A stretch of DNA of 64,000 nt from Octopus sinensis (GCF_006345805.1 NC_043006.1:17422001-17486000); one strand, 5' to 3'. Shown: positions 27,624 to 41,637, counted from the first letter of the stretch. The notes: a model not told the origin generated them from the letters alone. Numbers and translations are program-made.

Positions 27624-28030
27624 GGTGCAGGAGTGGCTGTGTGGTTAAAAGCTTGCTTCCCAACCACATGGTTCCGGGTTCAGTCCCACTGCGTGGCACC
27701 TTGGGCAAGTGTCTTCTACTATAGTCTCAGGCCGACCAAAGCCTTGTGAGTGGATTTGGTAGACGGAAACCGAAAGAGGCCCGTTGTATATATGTATATA
27801 TATATATATATGTTTGTGTGCGTGCGTTTGTGTGTCTGTGTTTGACCCCCTAGCATTGCTTGACAACCGATGCTGGTGTGTTTGTGTCCCCGTAACTTAG
27901 TGGTTCGGCAAAAGAGGCCGATAGAATAAGTACTAGGCTTACAAAGAATAAGTCCTGGGGTCGATTTGCTTGATTAAAGGCAGTGCTCCATCATGGCCAT
28001 GGTCGGATAACTGAAACGAGTAAAGAGAGA
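27624..28030 (+). mobile_element. tRNA-headed SINE family A, full length, with an internal (TA)n(TG)n tract
   Basis: Head ggagtggctgtgtgg...gggttcagtcccactgcgtggcaccttgggcaagtgtc (CORE-like) and 3' half ending ...gactgaaacaagtaaaag. Near-identical copies at 16405-16815, 33060-33465, 42520-42911 and 15630-16045 (+), and 39251-39656 and 51345-51797 (-). Decayed copies at about 5870, 13415, 18280, 24270, 45100-46030, 50880 and 53520. Confidence 0.85.
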
Positions 28031-28974
28031 GAATATTTTCAAAACTGCTAACTCTAAACATGGCTTTTATGGCTGACAATATCTCTGTACATGGCTTTTA
28101 TGGCTCTCTCACAAAGCCATTCATCTAAATTTAGTATTCCTTGCAACCACTAAGCTACAGAGTGCAGCATCCTGTTAAAAGCATCTGTACTCATCTGATG
28201 GCATCAAGTGGTACTCCATCCTGGCTCAAATCTAAACTTCATCTAATTTTTTCTCCCATTAATCTGTGTTTTCTGCTTCTTTCAAGTTGGTTCCTTACTT
28301 TTCCAGCTCTGCTTCAATATTCCACCACCAGTTATTTTTTAAGACATCTTCTTTCTTGCCTCCCTTGTGGATTCCAAGTCAGGCTTGATTTGTAATGCAG
28401 GATGTTCATATGTTTTCCTGAGGAAAGACCTTCTTCTCCTGGGTCTTGTTGGTTTTGAATTATCATCGATACTTTTGTAACTTTACCTTTTTTTTTAGGT
28501 GGGGTCATTGTCCCACCTCAAACCCATTTTTACCTCTATTATGAGGTGATCCATATTAGTCTAGCTTCTGTCCTTTGATCTGCCTAGCATGGGAGGCCCT
28601 TCCAGGAACTAGTGTTCTGCTGGCATAGCTCTCAGGATTATTGAGGCACACAAAAACCCCCATACCACAACAAGACCAGAATCTGGTGGGTGGATGCGTG
28701 GGAAAATTGCATCTCAATTAAATAACTGCCTTCTGAATTATTTATTCTATTACTAATTCCATTAGTTTCATAACTTGGCCTCTAGGTTTGTTGCCTCAGT
28801 AGTTGCTCCTTCACAGATCATCTCCTTTATGATGAAGACAATATTGTGTCAGTCTTTAGAAAAGACCCCTTTTTGTACTACCTGAGTAGACTGTATAGGG
28901 GACTAATAAATGATCGACCATGCCAGATATTTTCAACATCTCCACAACTCTCTGTGTGTGTTTAAAGGTATAAA

Positions 28975-29207
28975 AAGCGGCGAGCTGGCAGAATCGTTAG
29001 CACGCCGGGCGAAGTGCTTTGTGGTATTTGGCCTGCCGTTACGTTCTGAGTTCAAATTCCGCTGAGGTCGACTTTGCCTTTCATCCTTTCGGGGTCGATT
29101 AAATAGGTACCAGTTATGCACTGGTGTCGATATAATCAACTTAATCCGTCTGTCTGTCCTTGTTTGTCTCCTCTGTGTTTAGCCCCTTGTGGGTAGTAAA
29201 GAAATAG
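28975..29207 (+). mobile_element. SINE family D; clusters at 10500-11905 (+), 43803-44222 (+) and 49262-49975 (-)
   Basis: gagctggcagaatcgttagc...gagttcaaattcc head and central ggtcgactttgcctttcatcctttcggggtcga domain. Confidence 0.8.
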
Positions 29208-29918
29208 GTGTATAAAACAAATGAGGTGTCACAAAGCATATCTCAGTGATTCAATAAATGTAGAGCAATAGAAGTGCAAGCATAAGTGCTCGGGTCGACA
29301 CGGTTGGCTAAAAGCCAAAGCTTGAGGGCAGTGTTCCAGTATGATTGCAATCCAGTGACTGAAACAACTCAAAGTGAAATAAAGGATAAAAGTCACTGAA
29401 GTGAATACGTTTCCCTTGTTCTTGCATGAAAACCTTGAATGTAATAGAAGCAAGACAAAAGGAAGTGAAAAACACTGTCACCAAAAATCAAACACCTGTT
29501 GCAGAGTTGGCTTGCTTTGAGCTTGCTCACCTTTATTCTAGAGTGTTTCCCCTTAAGCAATATACCAATTCTTTATTCTTTGAATTCTTTTACTGGCTTC
29601 ACTCTTTGTACTGCAGCCATGCTGGAGCTTCATCTTCAAACATTAGTCATATTGAACCTCAGCACTTATCTCAGTTTAATACATATTTTATTGATCTTAC
29701 TTACTTTACTTTTTTACTTGTTTCAGTCATTTGACTGCGGCCATGCTGGAGCACTGCCTTTAGTTGATCAAATCGACCCCAGGATTTATTCTTTGTAAGC
29801 CTAGTACTTATTTTATCAGTCTCTTTTTTGCTGAACTGCTAAGTTACAGGGACATAAGCACACCTGCATCGGTTGTCAAGCGATGTTGGGGGGAACAAAC
29901 ACAGACACACAAACATGC

Positions 29919-29949
<31 letters not shown>

Positions 29950-29950
29950 T

Positions 29951-32782
29951 CATCATCATCATCATCATCGTTTAGCGTCCGTTTTCCATGCTAGCATGGG
30001 TTGGACGGTTCTACTGGGGTCTGTGAAGCCAGAAGGCTTCATCAGGCCCAGTCAAATCTGGCAGTGTTTCTACGGCTGGATGCCCTTCCTAACGCCAACC
30101 ACTCCGTGAGTGTAGTGGGTGCTTTTTACGTGCCACCCGCACTGGTGCCAGACAGAGCTGGCAAACGGCCACGAACGGATGGTGCTTTTTATGTGCCACC
30201 GGCATGAGGGCCAGGCGAGGCTGGCAACGGACACAAAACGGGGCGGTGCTGGCAACGGTCGCGAAACGGAAAGTTCTCTTACATGCCACCGGCACTGGTA
30301 ACACATCTGCAATTTCCATTGATCGATTTCCATTGATCGATTTCGATTCTGCTCCTCACTTGCCTCAACGGGTCTTCACAAGCAGAGTTTCGACATGCCA
30401 CCGGCACTGGTAGCACATCCGCAATTTCCATTGATCGATTTCGATTCTGATCCTCACTTGCCTCAACACGTCTTCACAAGTAGAGTTTTGTATCCCAAGA
30501 AGGGAAGGTATGCATACGTAGGCTGGCTCCATCCCATGTAGAAGGCTACGGGTTATGGACTCACTTGTCCTGCCGGGTCTTCTCGCGCGCAGCACACTTC
30601 CAGAGGTCTCGGTCTCTAGTCATTTCCTCAGTGAGACCTAAAGTTCGAAGGTCGTGCTTCACCACCTCGTCCCAGGTTTTCCTGGGTCTGCCTCTTCCAC
30701 AGATTCCCTCAACCGCTAGGGTGTGGCACTTTTTCACACAACTATCTTCATCCATTCTCGCCACATGACCATACCAGCACAAACGTCCTCTTGCACACCA
30801 CAACTGATGCTTCTTAGGTCCAGCTTTTCTCTCAAGGTACTTACACTCTGCCGAGTGTGAGTACCGGCATTACACATCCATCGGAGCATACTGGCTTCAT
30901 TTCTTGCGAGCTTACGCATATCCTCAGCAGTCACGGCCCATGTTTCACTGCCATGTAGCATGGCTGTTCGTACACACGCATCATACAGTCTGCCTTTCAC
31001 TCTGTGCGAGAGGCCTTTTGTCACCAGCAGAGGTAAGAGCTCTCTGAACTTTGCCCAAGCTATTCTTACTCTAGCAGTTACACTTTCAGCACACCGCCCC
31101 CGCTGCTGACTTGGTCACCTAGGTAACGGAAACTATCAACTATTTCTAGTTTTTCTCCCTGGAAAGTGACGGAAGTTGGTCTCAGAGCATTTTCAGTGTT
31201 TATTGTTCCTGAGCATCTGCCACATACAAAAACCATCTTCCTAGTTAGCCTTCCTTTGACATTGCTGCATCTCTTATGTGTCCATAGCTTACACTTGGTG
31301 CATCTTATAGAGTTTCTACCTACACCTTTTCTACAGATCGAGCAGGGCCATCCTCTACCTGAAGGTGTTTGTGATTTGTCTACCTTCCTACTGATTACGA
31401 CTTTGGTTTTAGCTAGATTGACTCTGAGGCCCTTCGATTCTAATCCTTGTTTCCACACCTGAAACTTCTCCTCCAGTTCTGATGATAGCGACTCAGCAAT
31501 TAGAGCAAGGTCATCAGCATAGTGGAGCTCCCAAGGGCATCCTGTCTTGAATTCCTCCGTTATTGCCTGGAGGACTATGATAAATAGGAGGGGACTGAGT
31601 ACTGAGCCTTGGGGGACCCCTACCTCTACCCGGAATTCTTCACTGTACTCATTTCCAACCCTCACCCTACTAGCGGCGTCCCTATACATGGCCCGCACAG
31701 CTCTCACTAACCATTCATCTATCCCTAGTTCCTCATTGCCCACCAGATAAGGGATCGGGGGAGGGGACCCTGTCGAAGGCTTTCTCCATGTCAACAAAAG
31801 CCAGGTACAGGGGCTTATCTTTGGCTAGGTATTTCTCCTGCAGCTGCCTTACCAGGAATATAGCATCAGTAGTACTTTTCCCTGCACAACCCAAACTGCA
31901 TCTCATCTAAACTAACTCTCTCTCTAATTAGTTGGGCTATGACCCTCTCCGTAACCTTCATCACCTGGTCCAACAGCTTGATACCTCTGTAGTTATTTGT
32001 ATCTAGGGCATCACCTTTACCTTTGTAGCAGTTGACTATTATACTGCTACACCAGTCATTGGGTATGACCCCTTTGTGTATCACCTGATTAACTATATGG
32101 GTGACTAGGCTATAGCTGACACTACCAGACATTTTGAGCATCTCTGCAGTGATTCCTGATGGGCCTGGGGCTTTCCCTGTCTTCATGCTTCTAATTGCCT
32201 TAGCTACCACGGAACTATCAACTCGGATAGCTGGTCCCTCTGTTGGGTCAACATTCGGCAGACTCTCTTTATCCCATTCATTTTCTTCATTCAGCAACCT
32301 TTCATAGTGGCATCTCCAAACCTCTCTCTTTGCATCCTCATTTAGCGCAAGTGAACCATCTTCCATGCGAACACACTCTCTCTCCTACCACATCACGATT
32401 CTCTCTCACACACTGTCTTGCAACACGAAACACCTCCAGTCTTTGGTCCTCACGGCGCAGAACATTGGCAAATTTTTTCTTATCTGCTTCCCCTCTGGCT
32501 AAATAAAGCTGTCTCCTAGCTTCTCTTTTGGCAGTCTGATACAATTCCCTGCTACCCCCATTTTTCCAGACCTTCCAAGCCTGTCTCTTTTCTCTAATAG
32601 TCCTGTCTACAATATTGTTCCACCACCATGTTATTCTAGGTCAAAAGGGGACTTTGCACCAGCCACAGATCTGGTCAGTGGCTCTCAGCAGGTTGTCCCT
32701 TAGAAACGTCCAGCTGTCCTCTACCCCCTGTGATGCTCTATCCCCTTCTACTTCGTCAGAGGCTTCAAGTAATATGTCCCTA
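29951..32782 (-). mobile_element. 5'-truncated RTE-clade LINE with 3'UTR and (ATG)n tail
   Basis: The minus-strand ORF pieces give RT motifs (PGPSGIT, YRGIKLL, GVPQGSVLSPLLF, YADD, FRYLG) and an RTE-type C-terminus (RGRPRKTW). The (CAT)n tail starts at 29951. No endonuclease domain is present because of the truncation. Confidence 0.92.
30561..32782 (-). pseudogene. Disrupted RTE ORF2 (reverse transcriptase with inserted PHD-type finger)
   Basis: Split over ORFs 32338-32544, 31866-32366, 31078-31797, 30734-31024 and 30561-30803 by frameshifts, with an in-frame TGA near 32650. Confidence 0.88.
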
Positions 32783-33696
32783 AATCAGCTTGAAAGTTTA
32801 GTTGAATAATCACTCCCTGGCCTAACCATTAAGTTACAGAGATGTAAACAAACCAACATGGAGGCTGTGAGCTGGCAGAATTGTCAGAATATCAGATGAA
32901 ATGCTTTGTGGCTGTTTTTTGGCTTCCATCAATAAAATAAAGTACAAATAACTATAATTTTGTTAGTATACATGTTCTTATGCAAGGTTTATTTGTGTGG
33001 TCACTTGACCTGCTAGAAATAGCAACCTCAAACCATATTTCACCATCATAATTAAAATAGGCGTAGGAGTGGCTGTGTGGTAAGTTGCTTGCTTACGAAC
33101 CACATGGTTCCGGGTTCAGTCCCACTGCATGGCACCTTCGGCAAGTGTCTTCTACTATAGCCTCGGGCCGTCCAAAGCCTTGTAAGTGGATTTGGTAGAC
33201 GGAAACTGAAAGAAGCCCATCATATATGTGTATATATATATATATATGTATGTGTATGTATATGTTTGTGTGTCTGTGTTTGTCCCTCCCAACATCACTT
33301 GACAACCGATGCTGGTGTGTTTACGTCCCTGTAACTTAGCAGTTCAGCAAAAGAGACCGATAGAATAAGTACTAGGCTTACAAAGAATAAATCCTGGGGT
33401 CGATTTGCTCGACTAAAGGCGGTGCTCCAGCATGGCCACAGTCAAATGACTGAAACAAGTATAGGAGTATAGGACACATTAGATTATGTAGCTTAGCATA
33501 TCCCTAAAATGCTAAAATGGCTTTGATCACCAGTCTGTCTGATTATTGATCAAGGCTGATCTGGGTCTAAACTAATGCAGCATATACATACCCAATAACT
33601 CGGAAAAGCAAGAAGAGAAAAAGAACATCTCTCTCTCTCACACACACAACATTAACCTTCCCCATATCCCTTTCCTTGTCTTACAACACCCACCAG

Positions 33697-33750
33697 TGTA
33701 CATACTGGAACTATTGTTCCAATATCCATTCTCCTTGAATGGCAGCGAAG
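33697..33750 (+). CDS. Putative exon 4 (VHTGTIVPISILLEWQR-R)
   Basis: First AG after a pyrimidine tract (ccctttccttgtcttacaacacccaccag|), AAG|GTGTAG donor, 54 nt, phase 2-2. Confidence 0.5.
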
Positions 33751-34593
33751 GTGTAGGAGTCTTCCTGGTAGGAGAAAAACCTTATCAGAATTGAGAAAGT
33801 TGTATAATTTAAACAAAATATTATTTCCAACAAACAATCAACACAAGCATGCTATTATAACAAAAGCTTGTTTTCACATGCAGATATTCATGAATAACTT
33901 TTAAAGTGAAAATGGGATTCTCATGATCCACAGCATTCCTATGGAGAACATTATCACAGAATGCACCCACGCTGTATTTAGACTTATCCACTGTAAAAAT
34001 ATTCGTTCTTAAAATATTATATAAGACATATTTGCCTATGTATATATATCTATATATCTCTCTCTATATATACACACACACACACACTTATTTGTATCTA
34101 TGTGTGCTTAATTATATATATGATGATATATATATATATATACACATATATATACACATATATATATTATTTAATGGTTCTAAACACACAGTCTGCTCAA
34201 AGCACAACTTTGTCAGAAATGTGCAAAGCATGTTATAATTATCAATATAAATAAATACATATAAAAATAATGTTTATTAAACATTAATTTATGTGTGTAT
34301 TTATATATATTGAAAATTGTATCAGTGTGAGTGTGTTAGTTTGTGTGTGTGTGTGTGTGAGTGTGTGTGTGCATATATATATATCATCATCACCATCATA
34401 CGTCCATTTTCCATGCTAGCACGGGTTGGATGGTTCAACCGGGGTTTGGGAAGCCAGGAGGCTGCACCAGCCTCCAGTCTGATCTGGCAGTGTTTTTACA
34501 GCTGGATGCCCTTCCTAACACCAACCACTCCGTGAGTGTAGTGGGTGCCTTTTACGTGCCACCGGCACAGGTGCCAGGGGAGGCTGGCATCGG

Positions 34594-34637
<44 letters not shown>

Positions 34638-34967
34638 TAAATAAATGGAGTTTAACGCAGGTGTAATCAAATATTTTTACTTTCGACACATGTTTAGAAA
34701 ATTCCACTGATACTATTCAAAAGAATAAATGGTATAGACAATGCAATCTTTTTCTCCTGTGTCGAAAGTAAAAATATTTGATTACACCTGCATTAAATTC
34801 CATTTATTTATTCATATATTATTCAAAATATTCAATGTAAACACAAAGTTTCTACCTTTATAAACAAGGAGTTACAACATCTTTACTTGTGAGATTTTTG
34901 CTACCCTGGTAACTATTTATTTATTTATTTTTTCTGTGTTGATTGTTAACAAGGTAAAAATACACTC

Positions 34968-35059
<92 letters not shown>

Positions 35060-36272
35060 CAAATAAAAGACTGAAAATGGAATATGCTAATATATAATAT
35101 ATAAGACGTTCTATTTATATTTTTAAATGTATCAAAAGAGTTGCCCTGCATCACTGCAGTTGTATTATAGATGGGAGGTCAAGTGTTGTAGGTTAGGGAG
35201 CCAGATAAGCATTAGTTCACTATGCACAATAATTCTTTTCAATAATAGCATATTGAAAACATGTTAAACCATCACAGTTTCTTAGCCCAAATTTATAAAA
35301 AAACTTCCTTAAAGTACATCAGCAGTTATATGGAGAAGTCTTATTCCTCCTTCCCCAGCATACATAACCCACACCATACATTTGTCTTACATTATTTAAT
35401 GACTGTATTACCTTTAAGAAATATTAAAAAAATTATTTAATCCTTTAGCATTCAAACCGGCCATATCAGATCCTAATATTCTACCCATTTTATGTTTAGA
35501 CTAGCTAGATTTGGCCTCTTACTCTTACCCTACAATGTCAGTCTAAAAACAAACAATCATACTTCTGAAATCTCAGAGCTACAAGATAATATATGATTAA
35601 TGCAAAGCAATGTGAATTTGATAAGTATTACATTTGGTTGAATAATCTAAACGCTAAAGGATTAAATGCAGATTCTCTTAGATAGATGAAAGGAATGTTA
35701 AACTTTCATCCACCTGTTAGTTATTTGCAAATGAGTGAATGACAACAAAATCATAGCAGTGGCGCATCAAACAAATGGTTGATTATGGTAACACAAAATC
35801 CTGTGGCCCAAAATACATCCTGTCTGGCAATCTTTGACCAAAATCTAAAAACAACTATACAGTTGATCTTGAGGAAGGTAAAATTGAAATATGGTATTTG
35901 TTTAATATAGTTTATATACAATAAATTTATGGTTTCATACATCATTCCAGTATATTGTCATTGCATGCACAAAATACTAAATGTTTCCCTACAAACCCAT
36001 TTTGAAATTGCTTTCAATTAGTGTTCAATGAAACATACAAAATTTGTTTTTTTCTTTAAAATATTCTGGGAAAATAGGAATCTTATATGCTGGCAAATAT
36101 AGTATACACACACACACACACACACATGCACACACATATATATATTATGTGAATGTATGTTTGTATATATATGTGTATATATATATAAATATTTATGTAT
36201 ATATATATTTATGTGTGTGTGTGTGTGCATGTATGTGTATATATATATATATGTGTGTATATATAAATATGT

Positions 36273-36572
36273 GACGGCACATGGCTCAGTGGTTAGGTCG
36301 TCGAGCTTATGATCGTGAGGCTGTGAGTTCGATTCCTGGACTGGGCTGTGTGTTGTGTTCTTGAGCGAGACACTTTATTTCACGTTGCTCCAGTTCACTC
36401 AGCTGTAGAAATGAGTTGCGACGTCACAGGTGCCAAGCTGTATCGGCCTAGGGGAGGTTGGTATGCATGGGCGACTGCTGGCCTTCCATAAACAACCATG
36501 CCCGGACTTGTACCTCGGGGGGTAACTTTCTAGGTGCAATCCCATGGTCATTCATGACCGAAGGGGGTCTCC
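36273..36572 (+). mobile_element. tRNA-headed SINE family C; minus copy at about 18905-19240
   Basis: tggctcagtggttag...gagttcgattcc head followed by ttgagcgagacactttatttcacgttgctccagttcactcag. Confidence 0.8.
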
Positions 36573-36895
36573 CATATATAAAATACATATATACATATGT
36601 ACAAACATATGGTTTTATGATTAACAAGTTTATTTTCCATCCATATTTCAAGTTCACTTCTACTGCAGTCATGAGTAAGTGTCTTTGATGATATTTCAGT
36701 TCACCCTTTCCTGTGTGAAGAAATTTGCTAGACAAAAACCTGCAAGAAGCCATTTGTATGTTTGTTCAGGTATGCATGTTTATGTTTGTGTGTGGAGGAG
36801 ATGGGTATGCATGTGTGTGTATATATACACACACATATGTCCCACCCATGCTAGCATGGAAAGTGGACGTTAAGCGATGATGATGATGATGATGA

Positions 36896-36924
<29 letters not shown>

Positions 36925-36936
<12 letters not shown>

Positions 36937-37891
36937 TCATCATCATCGTCATTGTTTAACGTCCGTTCTCCATGCTAGCATGGGTTGGACGGTTCGACCG
37001 GGGGATCTGGGAAGCCAGAAGGCTGCACCAGTATCCAGTCTTATCTGGCAATGTTTCTACAGCTGGATGCCCTTCCTAACACCAACCACTTCGTGAGTGT
37101 AGTGGGTGCTTTTTACGTGCCACCTGCACAGGTGCCAGGCGAGGATGGCAACGGCCACGGTCGGATTGGTGTATTTTATGTGCCACCGGCACGGAGGCCA
37201 AATCTATATATATATATATTGTGTGTGTGTGTGTGTGTGCATATATATATACACACATGTATACAATGTATGTATATGTGTGTACACATATATGCATGCA
37301 CACACACACACACCACACACACACACACAACACACACACACACACATATATATACAGACATAAATATATATAACATATATACATAATATGTATATACATA
37401 TAATATATATGATATAGAATATAACATTATATATATATATATACACACACACATATATATACAGACATAAATATATATAACATATATACATAATATGTAT
37501 ATACATATAATATATATGATATAGAATATAACATTATATATATATATATAATATATATATATATATTTGTGTGTGTGTGTGTGCATATATATACACACAC
37601 ACACACACACATGCACACACATATATATATTATGTGAATGTATGTTTGTATATATATGTGTATATATATATATATATTTGTGTGTGTGTGTGTGTGTGTG
37701 TGTGCATGTATGTGTATATATATATATATATATACACACACACATATATATACAGACATAAATATATATAACATATATACATAATATGTATATACATATA
37801 ATATATATGATATAGAATATAACATTATATATATATATATAATATATATATATATATGTGTATATATATATATATATATATGTGTATATAT

Positions 37892-37939
<48 letters not shown>

Positions 37940-38335
37940 TCATCATCATCGTCATTGTTTAACGTCCGTTCTCCATGCTAGCATGGGTTGGACGGTTCGA
38001 CCGGGGGATCTGGGAAGCCAGAAGGCTGCACCAGTATCCAGTCTTATCTGGCAATGTTTCTACAGCTGGATGCCCTTCCTAACACCAACCACTTCGTGAG
38101 TGTAGTGGGTGCTTTTTACGTGCCACCTGCACAGGTGCCAGGCGAGGATGGCAACGGCCACGGTCGGATTGGTGTATTTTATGTGCCACCGGCACGGAGG
38201 CCAAATCTATATATATATATATTTGTGTGTGTGTGTGTGTGCATATATATATACACACATGTATACAATGTATGTATATGTGTGTACACATATATGCATG
38301 CACACACACACACACACAACACACACACACACACA
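36925..38335. repeat. Duplication with 1003-bp offset plus mosaic microsatellite sub-duplications
   Basis: gtcattgtttaacg at 36948 and 37951; ORFs 36985 and 37988 share the same start. Confidence 0.9.
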
Positions 38336-38491
38336 CAGATACACACTAATAATATGAACAGTCATAACACACTTCCTGTAATAGAAAATTAATTAAATTT
38401 ATTTGTACATCAATACATCAAGTAGAGGTATAACGTGTAATTTTAATAAGTTACAAATGAAGAATATTAAAATTTGAATACATCTGACTAG

Positions 38492-38576
38492 GTTTAATTA
38501 CATAAGACATTGGCTAACAACTATTCCGACACTTAAAAATGCAAAATTATTTAACTCTTGGATTTTATTAGATAAG
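38492..38576 (+). CDS. Putative exon 5 (FNYIRHWLTTIPTLKNAKLFNSWILLDK)
   Basis: catctgactag| acceptor, AAG|GTATAT donor, 85 nt, phase 2-0. With exon 4 it reads LLEWQRRFNYIRHWL. Confidence 0.55.
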
Positions 38577-38783
38577 GTATATACAGAGAGCATTTTCACT
38601 CTGCGTATGTGTGTGTATGTATGTTTGTGCCTACATATATGTATATGTATACACATGCACATTTGTACAAACACATAACACAAGCATATATATACACACA
38701 CACATATATATACAGACATAAATATATATAACATATATACATAATATGTATATACATATAATATATATGATATAGAATATAAC

Positions 38784-38828
<45 letters not shown>

Positions 38829-38869
38829 TTAAGTTATATTAACTTTCAATCCATAACTAATTACTACAG

Positions 38870-38906
38870 CTTGCTCATAAACCACATACTGTTTATAGAA
38901 ATTATG
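38870..38906 (+). CDS. Putative exon 6 (LAHKPHTVYRNY-D)
   Basis: ctaattactacag| acceptor, G|GTAGCT donor, 37 nt, phase 0-1. The frame stays open to a TAA at 38966, so an alternative end is possible. Confidence 0.4.
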
Positions 38907-40578
38907 GTAGCTTTTCATTACTGCAAGCATTTAGGAAATTATCAAAAGATTTTCTTCGTAGTCGTTAATTGGACTTTTTGTTTATTGGTTATCAAAATGG
39001 ACCTGCTTACCAGAATATCATCTTCAATCATCATAATCGTCATCAACTGATGTCCATTTTTTCATGTCAACATGGGTTAAATGGAATTTGAGGGGGATTT
39101 CCTTTGGTTGGATCCCCTTCCTGTCACCAACCCTCACCTGTCTCCAAGCAAGGTAATATTTCCCCTGTAACCAGATATGTTTACATGCAATATCAAGACA
39201 AAGAAACAGTAACACACATGCATCTGCATGCAAATACATACATATATATATTCTTTTACTTGTTTCAGTCATTTGACTGTGGCCATGCTGGAGCACTGAC
39301 TTTAGTCGAGCAAATTGACCCCCAGGACTTATTCTTTGTAAGCCTAGTACTTATTCTATCGGTCTATTTCGCTGAACCGCTAAGTTACAGGGACATAAAC
39401 ACACCAGCATCGGTCGTCAAGCGATATTGGGGGGACAAACACAGACACACAAACATACACACACACACATACATATGTATATATACATATATACAACGGG
39501 CTTCCTTCAGTTTCCATATACCAGATCCACTCTCAAGGCTTTGGTCGGCCCGAGGCTATAGTTGAAGATACTTGCCCAAGGTGCCACACAGTGGGACTAA
39601 ACCCGGAACCATGTGGTTCATAAGCAAGCTACCTACAACTCAGCCACTCCTACACCTATTTATACATACGCCTATGTACATATATCATCATCATATTGTG
39701 TTTATACAATTTGAGTCACAACCCCTTATACTATACTCATTTGAAAATCAAGCATGAAACCAGTCAATGAGACTGAACCTGGAATGGTGTAACTCCTTAC
39801 CACTCAACCATTCCTGTTCCTACGAATTTTATAATTTGTAATTTTCATATGTTACCTCTTCTTGTTTTTTTGTGTCTTGAGAACGTTTTGTGGTATCAAA
39901 AGTTACAGTTTCCTCCATTTCAGCAACTCACATGTATATTTTCTCCACCTGAGATCTGGAAATGATCATATACCACAATTCTAGTGTGATAATTTCCTTA
40001 TATTTGTGACAAGTTAGATGTGACAAGTGAGACATCACAAGTGATATGTCACAAGTTAATAATTTCTGGATGTATTGAAATGAATTGATGAAAGATAGTC
40101 TTCATATGTTCAGTTGTATTAAGTTGTACTATGGCAACCAAGTCAAATTGGAAAAACAACGCAAAAGTTTGTACTGTGAATGACTGTATGCTTCGCCACT
40201 AAGTGAGTGGACGGAAGGACGTAAAAGGTGCAAAGGGTGCAAGGCTTGCATGAAAGAAGTGTGTGTGTGTGTGAAAACTAAGTCTCAGCAAAGCTGCTAA
40301 TATAAATGACAGAAATAAACTGTTAGAAAGTCATAGAAGGAACTGCTTTTTACCAGTATCATCAAGAATATATACCTGTGTTAAATCTGAATTAGGTCAC
40401 TGAATTTAAATTTAAATAGGCTTATCTTGATGCCACTTCTGTTTAATTTGAGATGATTGATGTTAAGTGTCCATCCTGAGAACAATGGCAACGAACAAGA
40501 TGGCTAAGGTTTTCATCCTTGATTACAAATCATTCATGTATATCTCCTACATACCCAATGAACTCACAATTTCTCTCA

Positions 40579-40658
<80 letters not shown>

Positions 40659-40995
40659 GGGAGTAAAACTCCAAACTTACAGGGGAAAATTCAATTTAGT
40701 TTAAATCAAATTTCATAGTATAAAGATATAAAATATAAATTAGAGATAAAACCACTATTATACAACTCAAACAGTAATATACATAAACCAATACATAAAT
40801 AACCAATATATAAGTATATATATAAATTTTTTTTACATATTATATTTTTACCATTCATTTTATACTTTTTGCGATCTAGTTATAAGTTATAAATTTAAAA
40901 AAAAATTGTATAAAAAATAATTTATATATTGGTTATTTATGTATTGGTTTATGTATATCACTGTTTGAGTTGCATAATAGTGGTTTTATCTCTAA

Positions 40996-41028
<33 letters not shown>

Positions 41029-41582
41029 CACATACACACACATTTATGTATATTTATACACACACACATATATTTAGTGAATAAGAAAATGAATCGATAT
41101 TTCAAGGCATCACTACATGAAAGTTAGTGTGCATATGTTACATACTCCTACATATTTTTATGTGTTCTCAATCAAAATATGCACACTGACTTTCTTAATC
41201 CTACAGCGATGACCTGAATGAAAAGAAAAAAAGAATTATGATTCAGCTCATTCTTCATGCTCTTTCCTTCGAAATTCCAAAACCAAAAAGAAGCCTGCAA
41301 TATTCCAGTTCTTGACTGGAATGAACTTTATACATACTTTTGTGTTTGATAAAACTTGGTCATTTGTCTTTTTCTTTAATCATACCAATCCCGCTGTTTA
41401 CTACAAAAGAAATTGCATTGGAATAACAACAGTTCTTACATTTGGTATCTGTAAAAACTAAATGTCATTGACTGATGGCACTTCTTTGAAAGAAACTACA
41501 GAACTTAGACACTCCACATACATATATGCCCAGTGAACCTACAATTTCTTGTATATATATATATATGTATATGTGTATATAT

Positions 41583-41637
<55 letters not shown>

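Noticed and set aside
22346-33750. Loose resemblance of EIE...NKYIG...VPISI to the N-terminal region of NWD1/NWD2-like NACHT proteins
   Set aside because: Only a few residues match from memory. No upstream conserved motifs and no NACHT P-loop are visible, which is not enough to name the gene.
33702-33766. Minus-strand exon candidate (ctcctaccag|...|GTATGT) overlapping exon 4
   Set aside because: No partner exons were found on the minus strand, whereas the + reading joins both neighbours in frame.
41207-41315. Exon-like frame DDLNEKKKRIMIQLILHALSFEIPKPK after ttaatcctacag|
   Set aside because: It needs a speculative intermediate exon and ends in a stop. It could be an alternative terminal exon but is unsupported.
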